Notes under the pieces: model-generated
What the model was told of the DNA's origin: nothing
What the model saw: only the letters and a program-made list of their open reading frames with translations
The model's database searches: none
Part shown: positions 37,101 to 50,255 of the stretch, in pieces
How the letters are laid out: every line of letters starts with the position of its first letter
Position numbering within the stretch: position 1 is the first letter of the stretch
From: Podarcis pityusensis
Lineage: Eukaryota
Reading direction: 5' to 3' (one strand)
Assembly: GCA_964106645.2 (NCBI GenBank)
Contig: OZ067042.1
DNA length: 64,000 nt
Program-made: the position numbers and the translations under genes

Positions 37101-38840
37101 GTGTGTGTGCATGACCACCATGCTAGGTAGGGTGTTACAGGGAATGAGAGATTAATGTTTCTTGACCAAGAAGATGGGGGCAGGTGGATGGAACAGTGAT
37201 ATGCAAGGAGCGGACAAGCATCTTATTCCACATTAACAGCAGATGGGAAAAGATGGGGTTCTGCAATGCCTTTTATGGTTCCTTCATGTCAAGTGCTGCA
37301 TTCATAGTTCATAGTAGGACTAGAGTGAACCCTTGAGATTTCATCACATTAAACTGGCAATCTGAATTGGGAGAAGGAAAGAGAAAATTCACAGTAACCA
37401 AAGAGGCTGACCTTATGGCATGAATATTACGGAGCACTTTGATTGTTATCCTTCGGAACCAGTTTTGGAGGGAAATGGTTGAATGGTTGGGGAAAGTTCA
37501 GACTTCTTTGAAAACAACAAATACAGGAAAATCAATTAAATCAATATGGATGTTCGCAAGTTATTCCCTGCCTTTGTTGTAGTTGTCACATTTTGCTATG
37601 TGGGTACATACAGAAAGTAGAAGTAAATATGAAAGATCCTTAATGCTTTTAAACTGGAACCACAATGCAATGTTTATATGCAATGTTTATGTTTTGTGTT
37701 TGTGGGAAATATATGTTTCTTTGACAAAAATGTCTTAATTAAAACAGGAATTTGCATCCTGCAAACCCACTGTCACTAGCACAGGTGAAAATAAAATAGC
37801 CAAATCATATTTGGAGTAGTGGTATTTCAGTGAGTCTATTCTGAGTATGGTTGGCTTTGATGCTACCCATATGAATTAAGCCTGGCACAACGTTAAGTTT
37901 CTTCCTACCATTTTTTATGAACTGCATAGTGTTGTACACATCAATAAATGTCTGGTGTGCACACCTGAGCAGAACTGGTTCAAGATTATGATCTGAAAAG
38001 TACAACCATTTTATTCCACCAGAGAACTTCTGACTATGTCCTCCTAAAAGAATTTCTGATGGCCTGAAAGCATTCTTGTCTTTACCAAAACCTTGATAGT
38101 CTGTTTTCTCCAAATGATCTAAAAGCCTATTTATTTCTCACCACATCAATATGCCAGCAGCAGAGAAACTTGTCAGATGATGGTAATGATTCATGTGGCA
38201 ATGTTGTACACACAGAACAGCTGTGTCTCAAGTAGCCTTTGTGTAGTGATCCAAATATTTAAACCAACCCCAGCACATTGCAGCAACTTTAGTCTGTAGT
38301 TTGTAAATGAACTTGCAGAAGATGTAATGTTCCATGACTTAGCTACCAGATATTTTAAAATCTGTTTTATGCTATTTTGTAGAGAGGCTGGGTTTTTCTG
38401 CTTGTGTTTGTTTTTTTACTACCGCATAATACATAGTTTGTGTGACTAAAGTGTGAAAAATGTGGTAGTCTTGTGTATGTATTAAGAGAAAGAAGGCAGA
38501 CGCAAAGAAACTCTTACACTTTAAGACTGTTGCTACTAGCAATGTAATATGTCTGATCTAATAGAAAAATGTTACCTTGTAGTATATCACATACTTTATT
38601 AAAAAAAACCATTATTTTTTTATGGAAATTTTATATAAGAATCTATTTCTGCATATTTCAAGTGATCTTGTATTTTATTAAAGTGCTACAAGTAAGGATT
38701 GTGCAGAAGAGTGCAAGTATTTGCATCTGATTGAAATGAAAAGCATGCATACTTTGAAGAAAAATAATATCCTGCTGTTTGTGACCTGAAAAGTAAAGCT
38801 AAACTGTAGAACAGAATAAAATAATTTAAAGACAACTGGG
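34126..38840 (+). other. TFDP2: Probable long TFDP2 3' UTR with several candidate poly(A) signals
   Basis: Repeat-poor, U-rich stretch; AATAAA at 35479, 35534, 37790, 37943 and 38815; ATTAAA at 38598 and 38677. The true end cannot be fixed from sequence alone. Confidence 0.5.
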
Positions 38841-41800
38841 GTTGCTCTTGTTTTTAAGCAAACACTGCGGCAGAGGAAAGCTGTCAAAGGTTAGTGTTCA
38901 TAGCATGTGTTCTCCATTTCAGAAAATACATCTTACAGAGTAAACTGCAGGGGAAACAGGGTCAAGTTGAACTGATGTTTTCAAAATAAATAGAAAGCAT
39001 AACTAATTTCAACACTTAGTAGGTTCTTCTGGACTGGAGTCTAGCACAACATCCAGTTGATCTTCTTAGTTCTTAACGATATTGTGTGTATTGCTGGCAA
39101 TTCAAATACTGGAAAGAGCATTTTCTAGGTTCCTAATGATGTTTACTTGGAAAGCAAGTCTTACAGAGATTGCATGTGACTACACCAATAGGTACTTTTA
39201 GTAAATAGTATAAAACTAATTCATTTAAGAGCCATACAGTGCTGCCTCAAGTGTACTGTGCAGAAATCGCTTGTGTGTCCAAGTTCAGGAACATTAAGGT
39301 TAAGTACAACACACTGCATGGAACAGTTTGCATCATATGCTAAAATGTATTTAACTGGCAGCATTTCTTAACCTTTGCCTCTATGTTCATCTCTTCTTTT
39401 TTCCTTTCTCCCTACTTGATTAGGAAGGTGTAGTTCTCTAAAGTTGACTCCTTTGTTGGGAGTGCTAAGAAATCTGATAACATGAGCTTACCTTCTCATT
39501 TTGCCTAAGGAGAAACTTTTCAGCAGTGTTTCCATGTGCTATTGTAGCAAATTGCCTCATCAGGAAAGTGATATGCAAAGCAATAAAACCCAGCCAACTT
39601 TTGTGTTTTGGAGGCAAGTGCCTATCTTCTGTGTCACAGTCAAGAAAACAGAGTTCTTGGAGAAAGGCTAGAGCAGGGTTAGCCAAGATGGTACTTTCAA
39701 GATGTTGTTGAACTTCTGCTCACATCAGCCTTAAGCAGCTTGGCCCAGTGATCAGAGGCGATAGGAACTGGGGTTCAGCATGTTGGTTATTCCTAGGGTA
39801 GAGTATCTGTTCTTTGTGTGGCTCATACATGAGACTACTTCAGGATTGTACCAGTCTCTGATCCCAGTGTTGTGTTGATGGTAAGCTGTGGCTCAATAAC
39901 ACTTTTTGAAAAACACATACCCCTAAAACTGCTTATTAGTGGTAACTGTTACTATGGAGTGAATTGGGGCAAATATTTTCTGCAAAGGCATCCAGTTCTT
40001 AAAATTGGCCTTCAGTCACTAATTCCGACAGCTGGATTTCAATAGTGGTTCTGGATAGGGTGCTATTTGTTCTCAGTGACCCAATTGGAGGACAATCAGT
40101 AGCTCTGGCGGGTTTGTTTTTTTCAAGGTTAACCCTCACCCACCATGTCCTAGTCCTGATCCCAGCTGCAAATAAATATACACTCTCACCGTAAAGAACA
40201 TATTTTCATGTTACACTGACATTTTTAATTCTATTGCAATTATGAGAAATTAAATTGTTTCTTCTAAAGGGTTCTTTGACCAGGAATGTCCACAGTGGGA
40301 AGAGTCTGGCCTGCTAGAGTGGCCACAAGTTGACTTTATGTAGATGAACACCTGAAGGAATAGTTGTTGACTTTGGCTAAATGGCAGGTAGGATGTACCA
40401 GAGGGTGGGATGGAGGGTTTCTGTTGATGGAATGAAGCTTGAAACTCTGGCCCTTGGAAGACTAATATGAAACCCTGTTTATGTATAGTATTTGTCCAGA
40501 TACACTGTGTGCTGTTTGTGGCCTTCAAAGTAGTAGAGATAAATACATTGCAGCATGTTCATCTTTAGCCACACTTCTGGTTAGAAGGAGCTTAATTTTG
40601 CAATTTGACTGGGGATTGGTTTTGTCATTCACAGTAAATCAGCGGAAAAGTACAAAGTCAAAAGCAGCAAAGAAATAATTGTGTATGCTTATTGTTCATT
40701 AAACTCTGCTTCAACCCTACATGTAGGATAAAGGGTCGGATTCAAACAATGTTCTCTTTGTAAGCATTGTAGGAATCCAGTGTAGGGGGAGCACATGTTA
40801 ATTTAAAAATGCCGGGGTGTTTGTTCAACTACCTACATCGTGTGATATGTGTAGTTTATTCCTCAGGGTATGTTCTGTGCAGGGTATTGGACCCTGTGTT
40901 ATTTTTGGGTGACATGATTTTGTGTGTCAAAGAAATCTTTTTGCCTATTACCACTGAGATTAGTATGTAATGTTAATTTGCCTCACCTCTTTCTACCCAG
41001 GTTTGTTGGTTTCATGGACTACTCTTCTTTCGCTCTCAATATGATACTCTCTGAAATGCTTCTTTATTCTTTTGTTCTCGTGTTGGACCTATAAAAAACC
41101 TGCTGCTGTTTCTATAGTAATATCTGAACAGGCATAACACACTCTGTCATCCAAAGAAAGTGAACAGTTTAATCTCATTCAAGTTCACTCAAAATTAGAG
41201 TCCATGGGATAACGTGTATAAGATGTTGGAATGGGACTGGGGAGATCCCTGGTGAATTGCACAGCCATGCAGTTCAAAAACAAAATGTTTCCAAGTCAGG
41301 AAAAAGTCCGCTCTTCGCCATTCCACATCTTTCTGAATTTTGTATGTAATGACCTGGATATGCCCCATTACTATCAAATCCTTTCTGCTAAATCATGGCA
41401 ACTTTATGGATGACCAGGTTCTATATAGCAACAGTCAACTTCTAAATGCATTTCTGCTCCCTGGATTGTAGCCCCTGTGAACCCACAGTGGACCTTTCTG
41501 GTCCTACAGCAGGGCTGGGAAACCTGTTGCACTCCAGTCCTCATCAGTCTCGGACAGCAAGGCCAAAGATCACAGATGAAGCCAGTTGAAATTCAGCAGC
41601 ATCTGGTGAGCCAAGGTTTCCCCAGCCCTGTCCTGGAGAACGGCAAAGATACATTGCCGTGCCATACTATTATCAAGTTTTGGTTTATTTGTGCCTATTG
41701 CTAATTCTATTCCCAACCTGAAATGTGAATATTATAAAATGGCTGTCCCTTTGTTCCATTTAGGTGAAAGTGAGGGGGCAAGGACAGCTATAAACCAGGA

Positions 41801-43940
41801 ATGAGAAGGTACAGGAAATGACTCAGAAGATTTAGCTTTATTTAATTAACCATTTGTGCTTTTGAAATATCTCCTCACTGATTTGAAAACTACACTACTT
41901 AGTGCCACAGGCAGAGGCAAGTTAGAACAGTTATCACAGCCTCTGGCATGGGCAAGATAATTACATGGATCAAGAATCAGTTACAGAAAAGGTGTGTTCT
42001 TCCTGGAACATTCTGAAATCTGTACCAGTTTAAGACTTGTTTTAAACCTTGATGCCAGGGAGCAGTGTCCCAACCTGCAGGTATAGCTTTGGCTTCTCAT
42101 ACTCTACAATTACTCAAGTATACCCTAATTAAGAAGTCGAAATGACTGTTTTGAGAGAGAGGGATTTATTATTGTGGTCACTGCCAAAATTGCAAGTTAA
42201 ATTTTCACTACAAGAAAAATCTGTTGCTTTTATGGATGCATACAACTTTCACTCCTTTTACTTTTTTTAAAAAAATCACAAACAGGTTCATTGTGCTTTT
42301 TGGTGGGCTTTTGAAGCTCTGCATTCCTACTTTTTATTTTGAAGGAGGATCCAGCTGATGGGAGGAAATGTTAGGATTACCTAGGGTAGGGAACTTTCAG
42401 CTGGCCAGATGAGTATAATTTCCATTCCCCTTCTCTTGAAAAAGCACGGCAAATGATCAAGGAATGATGGGAGTTAAGTCCAGCAATAGTCTAGGGCCCT
42501 GCCTTTAGCCTCTGGTCCGGTTCTGTCAGCAGCAGGAGAGAGAGACTACAGCAGAAAAAGGTTTAAAGATGTCAGCCACCAGCCAGTGATAGGACATGAG
42601 AAACAGGCAGGAGGAATGTTTTAAACAACCATTTTGAAGCTTTTTTCAGTTATACAAAATAAAGTGAAAAAAGAAAGTAGGGAGAATGCTTAAGAGAAGC
42701 TTGGATACATGGAAACAATGGTAAGCAAATAATGGTAACTTGGTGGCTGTGTAAGAGAATTGGATCATTCAAGACAGGCCTCCATTGTTAACATTACTGA
42801 TGATACCAGATCAGGTTATAGAGTAGGGATCTCAAAGAATAAGCGTGGAGGCTGCAGCTCCCAAACAGCACAGGGAAGAGCAATTCAGTAGTAGTGTGTA
42901 TTTTGGGGAGAAAAGTTATTTGCTTTGTGCTGAGAAAAATTGTTGACCTACTAAAGTCATATCATTGCCAGATAGATGTCTGGAGAGAGGACATTTATTT
43001 TTCTTCTGCTTCATACAGCTGCTTTAATTCTGAAGTTTACAGGAGTGATGAGTCATTACAATATTGGACTTGGTGATCCAAACTGCAAAATATGGCAGTG
43101 CCCTAAGAGAAGAAGCAGAGCTTCATTTTTCTTTTTACTGCTGGTCTGGCTTCTCTCATGGATGAAAGATGCCTGAATGTAAGTATTATGTTTGTTCTAC
43201 TCATCCCTTCATTCAGTGAAGTGCTAATTAGAGGTTTACTTAAAATATGAGGGGCGGCTGGGTTAGACGCATACACAATAATGAAGTAATCCCAGATAAA
43301 GTAAAGCCTGCGTTCACATTAAAAATGAGACATGAAAAAGGGTTCCTGTGATGCTACATGCATAGTAAGTCGTTCTTTGTATAGCACAGGATGGATGGCA
43401 AAGAGAAAGAGATGCCCAAAGTAAGAGTGTGTTGCAGTTGCATTGAATAATTTGATGGGGAAATCCCAGGGTGTTTACAGACCAAGATACAGGTGTGTGT
43501 TTTTTTGGGGGGGGGGGTGGACGTAAATGCTGCCCTTGAAACTTCCCCAGTCCCACCATGAGAGCTTTTGCCTAGCTAGGAAGTATCCTTAAATTGTGAT
43601 GGTGCTTTTTTCTTGGATGGAAGACAACATGCAGAAACCTTGATTTTTGCATGACTAGCGTCAATTCAGTGCTCTGCCCATATTTGCACGTGGTCCTGCC
43701 TGCCACTGGTTTGCAACTCCTGTAAGATTTCCCACGAGGAAATGTGACCCTCAGGCTAACCCCCCCCCCCGAAAGAGTATGAACCAGAAGCAGAGGACAA
43801 TTTTGCTTAGCCTGTGATAGTGCTTTGTATAGTCCAAGGTACATCCCTCAATAGGAGCCTATGATCCTCTTCAGATGCAATGCGATGTAAAGATGCTGGG
43901 GGGGGGGGCATTCTGTGATATCTGTAAAACAAACAAATTT

Positions 43941-44640
43941 ATCATAGAAACTGTGAATTGTAGAATTGGGTGGGACCCTGAGGACCATCTAGTCCAACAC
44001 CTTGCAATGCAGGCATCTCAACTAGATCATACATGGCAGGTGGCCATCCAACCTCTGCTTAAAAACCTCCAAGGAAGGAGAGTCCACCACCTCTCATGGG
44101 AGTCCATTCCAATTGAACAGCTCTTAATGTCAGAAAGTTCTTGCTGATGTTTAGTCTGAATCTCCTTTCTTGTAACTTGAAGCCATTGGTTTGGGTCCTA
44201 CCCTCCAGAGAAAACAAGGTTGCTCCATCCTCCATGTGGCAGCCCTTGAGATATTTGAAAACGGCTATCATATCTCCTCTTTGCCAGGCTAAACATACCT
44301 AACTCCTTCAAGCATTCCTCATAAGACTTGACGCATTTGAAGCTTGTGGTCTACCGTCATAATCTTTTCACATGCACTACTGGCAAGCCTTGTGTTCCCC
44401 ATCTTATATTGCCCAGCTGGTTCTTCCTAAATTTGTCACTATTGAAATTTTATTAGTTTGGGCCCAGTTCTTCAAACTATTAAGGTCATATTGAATCCAG
44501 ATTCTATCTTTGGCAGCACTGGTTACCTCTCAGAGTTTGGGGTCATCTGCAGATTTTATGACCATCCCCCTAATGCCTTCATCCAATTTGTTATAATGAT
44601 GTTGAGCAACAACGGGCCCAGGACAGAACCTTGTGACACT
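43941..44640 (-). mobile_element. CR1 LINE 3' fragment
   Basis: ORF 44059..44271 MIAVFKYLKGCH...NGFKLQERRFRLNI.KNFLT is the CR1 ORF2 C-terminus; CR1 3' tail at ~43941-44000. Confidence 0.9.
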
Positions 44641-45180
44641 TACTTTTTCCCACAAATCATGAGTCAGCACCTAAACTATTCTGGACTGGAACCAATTCAA
44701 CTGTAGCCATGAAAGGTTATGCTCACTTAACGGATGAGGACAGAGAAGAACAATATACCATGATCTGCAAAAGGTACTGTCAGCTACTTATAAAGCTTAA
44801 ATGTACACAGTATAAACATGGTGAGCAATGACAAAAACCACGAACAGGTGTTAACTAATAGCCTTTGTGGAGGAGAAACCATTGTCTCATTTCAGGGCAA
44901 AACAAATGCAACTTACTGATAAGAGCTAGTGCAGCAGTTTTATGCTGCAGTCTCCCTTTGAAGTTCCTTTGTTAGAGAACAGTTAGCAGCAGAGTGACCT
45001 AGAGGCAATTGAAATCTGACCAAAACATGTAATCTCTAGAAACTGCTTGGGAACATTTCAGTGTCCTAGACATAAATAATGACTTAAGGCAGCAACATTA
45101 GCAAATAAACTTCAAAGAAGACTAGGGAGGCATTGACTGTCTTCACGTTTCCCCCTGCATCATGATTGTTGCATCATGCG

Positions 45181-45495
45181 TAATAATAATTTATTATTTA
45201 TACCCTGCCCATCTGGCTGGGTTTCCCCAGCCACTCTGGGTGGCTCCCAATAGAATACAGTGGTACCTCGGGTTAAGAACTTAATTCGTTCTGAAGGTAT
45301 GTTCTTAACCTGAGGTACCACTTTAGCTAATGGGGCCTCCCGCTGCTGCCACCTCGTGATTTCTGTTCTCATCCTGAAGTAAAGTTCTTAACTCGTACTA
45401 TTTCTGGGTCTGCAACCTGAAGCGTTTGTAACCCAAGGTACCACTGTATTAAAAACACGAAAAAACAGCAAACATTAAAAACTTCCCTAAACATA
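45181..45495 (-). mobile_element. L2-type 3' end relic interrupted by a MITE
   Basis: TAATAATAATTTATTATTTATACCCTGCCCATCTGGCTGGGTTTCCCCAGCCACTCTGGGTGGCTCCCAA...TTAAAAACACG. Confidence 0.65.
45258..45446. mobile_element. Tc1/mariner (Tigger/pogo-like) MITE
   Basis: TIR CAGTGGTACCT...AGGTACCACTG, TA TSD (45256-57, 45447-48); internally deleted relative to 19525-19750. Confidence 0.9.
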
Positions 45496-45548
45496 CATAT
45501 CATGATTTGCAATATATTGCCAGGTCAAAAATTATGAAACTGCGCGCG

Positions 45549-45581
45549 CTCTCTCTCTCTCTCTCGCTCTCTCTATATATA
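45549..45581. repeat. (CT)n(AT)n microsatellite
   Basis: Direct reading. Confidence 0.9.
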
Positions 45582-47440
45582 TCGTCCAGCCCTAAAGAAG
45601 ACCACTGTGAATTGCTGAACTAGAACTGATCATTACATTTGGTTATTTAGTCCTGAGTTGAGACTATAGTTTATTCTCCATGTGAGGAGAACACTGAATG
45701 CCCTGGTGGAGTAGGCTCTAATCCACAAAAGCTTCTATCACAAATATTGGGCTCCAATACTTTTGGGGGGGGGGGCGGGGGTTGCTGCATCAGACAAACC
45801 TTTCAAGCTGCAGGGTTCAGTTACACCATTAATTCATGATGTGAAGATACATGTAGTTTCAGATTATACTGCAGTAAATGCGCAGATATAAGTATGAATT
45901 CAGCAACTGCAGCTACAGCGTCAAAGTGTTTGCAGAGAAGCAAGGAATCTAAGAAGTCTGTAGTTATGTATTACACCTAGGAAAAAATTCATTTCGCATC
46001 CTCGAGCTTAGCCATAGTTACATTAGTGTTCTTTCTACACCTCTTTCCCATTTATTGAAATTCTTTGCCCTGCTAAATGGCACCTTTCATCCAGTCACTG
46101 ACAGCAGAAAGGTTTACATGGGAGACAATGTTAATGTTATGATGTAGCCATTAAATTATAGGGCAGGGATAATATAAACACATGCAGTCGCCTTTCCAAT
46201 GTTCAAGAGTAGAAGTACAGAATGTTATACCTGAAAGCTGAATAATCTGTAGGCAGAGCAAAAAACAGATTACAAGTTACTGTAAATTGTACTGACAAGT
46301 ACAGGCAGCAATAGGAAAGTAATTATGGGCACAGTCTTAACGGTCTTTACCTCTTTGCAGAGTGAGGTCCATCCCTATCATCCATCCCTCGGTGCTTCAG
46401 TAATTATCGGGAGGAAAGGAGGTAGGGAATATTTTGCATCCACAGGATCCAGAGCTCTCCTGTTCCCCTGGCATACCCCTGGAGCTTCCATACTTATATT
46501 CCCACCAGCCAACACCACCCCATTCTGACTTGGGTGGTGCAAGGCCGCCTGATTCTGACTCCCCTGCTCTCTATTTAGTGCCTTCTAGAATTATTTTTCC
46601 AAGCAGGCAGAAGGCACACAAATGGTGCAAGGGGGGATCCCCAATATGGCTGTTCCCCAAATAGGCTTGTCAAGAGAGAGCACATCCTGCTGTGTGCTCT
46701 AAAGGACTTCATTTTATAAATGACCAGCCCTTCTAAGCATATCCTCACCTTCACATCTCAAGGAGAGAGCAGGTTTGTAAGGGCAATGTTGTTATCCAAG
46801 ATATACCAGCCCTTACTGGTTTGGGGCTTTATAATTACTGTTAATAATTTGATTTGTATCTTGCCTCTCCTCCCAAAGAGTCTAGGTTGGTAGATACAGC
46901 AATGATAAAACAAGGCAGTAACTGGAACTTTTGGTGGTAGCTACATTGAGCTTTTTAAAGTAAAGATTGGGTAAGCATTTTTAAATACACTTCATATTAG
47001 ACACTAAAGCTATCAGGCCTGTGAGAAGCACAGCATGTACATTGTTCTCAGCAAATGAGCAACACTAGCCTTAGAATAGGTAGCACTCTGTAGAATGCAC
47101 TCTGGTAATTGAACCTGGTAGTGTGTCAAGTATAAATGACAGTGGCCAGCTCCTGAGAATCATGGAATAGTTTCAGCTGATTTCTTAGATAAAAAGCATT
47201 CCTTGGCATCTGCATCTCCAGCCGCTCTCCCCTGCTGCATGAATGTTCTTTCGTCAATGAGTTTATCATTGAGTCTGGAAAAGTAATCCCTGCATCTCCC
47301 GCGTACTAAATATGGAAGCGTCCATACTGGAGTAGTAAAGATCTACCTTCTGGCTAGGAAGACAAATACAGTGGTTTTTTTTTTTTTTTTTAAATTAGTT
47401 GCACTAAAAGTCAGGTCTGGCTTTTAGTTCAACTAATCTA

Positions 47441-47711
47441 CAGTGGTGCCCCGCAAGACGAATGCCTCACAAGACGAAAAACTCGCTAGACGAAAGAGTT
47501 TTCCGTTTTTTGAGTCGTTCCGCAGGACGAATTTCCCTATGGGCTTGCTTCGCAAGACGAAACGTCTTGCGAGTTCTTGCGAGTTTGTTTCCTTTTTCTT
47601 AAAGCCGCTAATAGCCGCTAAGCCGCTAATAGCCGTGCTTCGCAAGACGAAAAAACCGCACGACGAAGAGACTCATGGAACGGATTAATTTCGTCTTGCG
47701 AGGCACCACTG
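47441..47711. mobile_element. Tc1/mariner MITE, CpG-rich (young)
   Basis: TIR CAGTGGTGCC(C/T)CGCAAGACGAA at both ends, TA TSD, multiple internal CGCAAGACGA motifs. Confidence 0.9.
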
Positions 47712-49189
47712 TATCTCAGTTCAATTAATCACTCACACAAGTGGTATTTCCCATAGCTGAGTGAGAGAAGGGGAGGGAGGAAAGGGCTGTTTAGCCACTC
47801 TTCTGTGTGTGACTTCAGCAAGTTGATACTGTGTAAAGCTGCTGCTTGTTAGTCCCCCTTATAAATAGGACAAATGCAAAAGCTATGATAAATAGGGTGA
47901 GGTGGGCTCATGGGCCTCTAAAACCTCCAGTAGCTGGAGAGGCTTCAGAGTGGATTTTGTTCTGCTTTAGCTACGATTGCATTTGTGTTTGTCAAAATGC
48001 ATCTGCTGTATGCACAGAAGAGGCCCACAGCTATTTCAAGCAATGGCACATTACATAACTTTTAACCTGAATTTTATTCTTCTCCTATCCACATTGCTTT
48101 ACAAGTTCAGTAGTAGTATGCTGCATAAAGATGCATATATGGACCCTTCACCCCTTTAAAGTTTGTAATTAATGAAAATTATGTTAAGCTAAGCCTGGGA
48201 ATAACTAGCAAATTTACTGACTGCAGAGGTTGCCTTAGGAGCAGATTCCTTACATTTGCAATCTATATATCCAGCCAATTGCTGCACAATTATATAGCAT
48301 TAGTAAAGGACAGATATTCCCTTAACAGAAATCCACAAATGTACTCACCATGTAAACCATTTCTCTCCCTAGAATAGCAAACCATTCCAACAAGGGTTTA
48401 GGTCCGAATTTAAAGTTAAATTTAAAGTTAAACTATAGTTTGTAGGAATTAGCTCAAATCCAAAAGGGGTAGTGATACAGAAAGCTGAGCAAGTCACTCT
48501 GTAGGAGGATGTTTGTGTAGTTATCTGTGCTAATCAAGCAAGGATTCCAGACTAAAAATAAGGGTTGAGAATGCAGGATGGAACTTAATTTCCTTTTTGG
48601 TCTCTTCCATGCAAACAACTTCAGGAGCTGTAGTGGAGGTAGTCTTCAAGGTGCTTCAGTAGTTATTTAGTTAGACACAACTGCCTAACAGCTTTGCTCT
48701 GGAGGGCATAAGTTTAACAAAGGAAAGGTCATGGGAATTTGTATTGTAAAACTGCTGAACTAGGATATAATTAATTTGATTCTATTAGTTTCAGAGCTGA
48801 AGACCAATGTTTTCCCCTGCCACACCTATATAACAAAACCTCAGTATGAATGTTGCTTGAAATGGTCCCTTGTGCTCATCTTGTACACATTTAAGCTCTA
48901 CACAAAATTGTTGGACTGTATCTTTTTACATTTTCTGGCCATTTAGCACCTTCATTTCCAAATTCTCTATCATATACACAAACCTACTGGAATTGGTTAC
49001 AAATTTCATAATGGCCATGCTCTGAGCAGCTCCCTTCCTAGGAAGGCCTGGCTTTAAAGATCTTATATCTGAGAATGAAGAGAGTACTTCTCCACCTTTG
49101 AAACAAAGTTTGGTGTTTAAAGGTTGTTAGTGTGTGATTGTGCATACCCAGCAGCAAAACATAGAACATAACTCATCCCAAACTATATA

Positions 49190-50084
49190 AATTAAACAAA
49201 GGAATGTTTAATCAATACAGTCCTTATTTTGAGCTTTAAAATTTTAAACAGACATTTCTCCTTCCAGGGATTTTTTTTATTGGAAAGTGTAAGTCTACTC
49301 CCACATAGTGAGGTCTTTTCTTCCAAGCAGCTTTGCAGTACAACCATTACCAAGTTTCTAAACCATAAACATAAAGAAATGTTCATACCAATAGTTCAAC
49401 TAAAAATGTTTTAAAAGTGACATTGTATTGGTTTTATCTGTGCTCCACATAACAGCAAGCATTTAATACGATGACAATCAGTTTCTCAACTAAAATATCA
49501 AATCTAGACCAAACTTTACACAAACACACAATACCTGCATGATGACAAGCACAACAGACTAGTTCAGTATTTAAATAATGTTAGTATTGATTTTTGACAC
49601 TTAAAGTCCACTTCCTCCAACTCAATACAGGACTTAAGGCATCCCTGCACAAAACACAACTCACTATGAGAGGTTGGGAAGTTTGAAATTTTCTCCTAAA
49701 ACTGTGTTGGTATTGATATGATAGTTAAACCAGTGTTAAACCAATACAATATTTACATAGCACAGCACATTTGAGACACTCACTTGGGGATAAAGCCCAC
49801 ATTTTGGAACAGGACAAAGACCACCATGATTACAAGTTATTTACAGGTCCCTAAAATGACAAACTATGTCTGTACACTGGTCCAACAGGGCAGGCAAAAG
49901 CATGACATGCAGTTATTTTGTGAAGGATTTAAAACATGATTTGGAAGCACATTATTATGCTACCCTGAATGCCACGTCCCACCCTATGCTTCTCAAAGGT
50001 GGTCTCATCTTCTAGAATGGCAGGTCCCGCTGATACAAAAAAAAAAATCACACAAGGTTTACTTTGTGAAGACACTGTTGACTT
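49190..50084 (-). other. ATP1B3: Probable ATP1B3 3' UTR
   Basis: U-rich on the - strand; AATAAA at 49281..49276, ATTAAA at 49212..49207 and ~49467..49462. Confidence 0.6.
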
Positions 50085-50255
50085 CTATTCAGTTATCAGA
50101 AATTTGAAGGAAACGCGTCCCAGAAACTTGTCACGATCATCTTCATTTTTTAAATTGCTTGATCCTGTGATCTTGCATTCAACCGTTACATCTTCTTTGG
50201 TACTGGTTGTGTTAAATTCTAGTTGAACAGCTACTAGTGGCTGTAAGTAGTTTGG
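50085..50255 (-). CDS. ATP1B3: ATP1B3 last coding exon ([11 protein letters not shown]...[18 protein letters not shown])
   Basis: CT-rich tract + actag acceptor; TAG stop at 50087..50085. Confidence 0.95.
   Translation of the reverse strand, partial: PNYLQPLVAVQLEFNTTSTKEDVTVECKITGSSNLKNEDDRDKFLGRVSFKFLITE

Noticed and set aside
37666-37690. Short tandem duplications (also ~52924-52945, 58891-58918, 18627-18658)
   Set aside because: Ordinary 11-14 bp slippage duplications with no further structure
47441-47711. Iterated CGCAAGACGA motifs resembling a CRISPR-like array
   Set aside because: Vertebrate DNA; irregular spacing, mixed orientation, bounded by TIRs and a TA TSD, so a MITE
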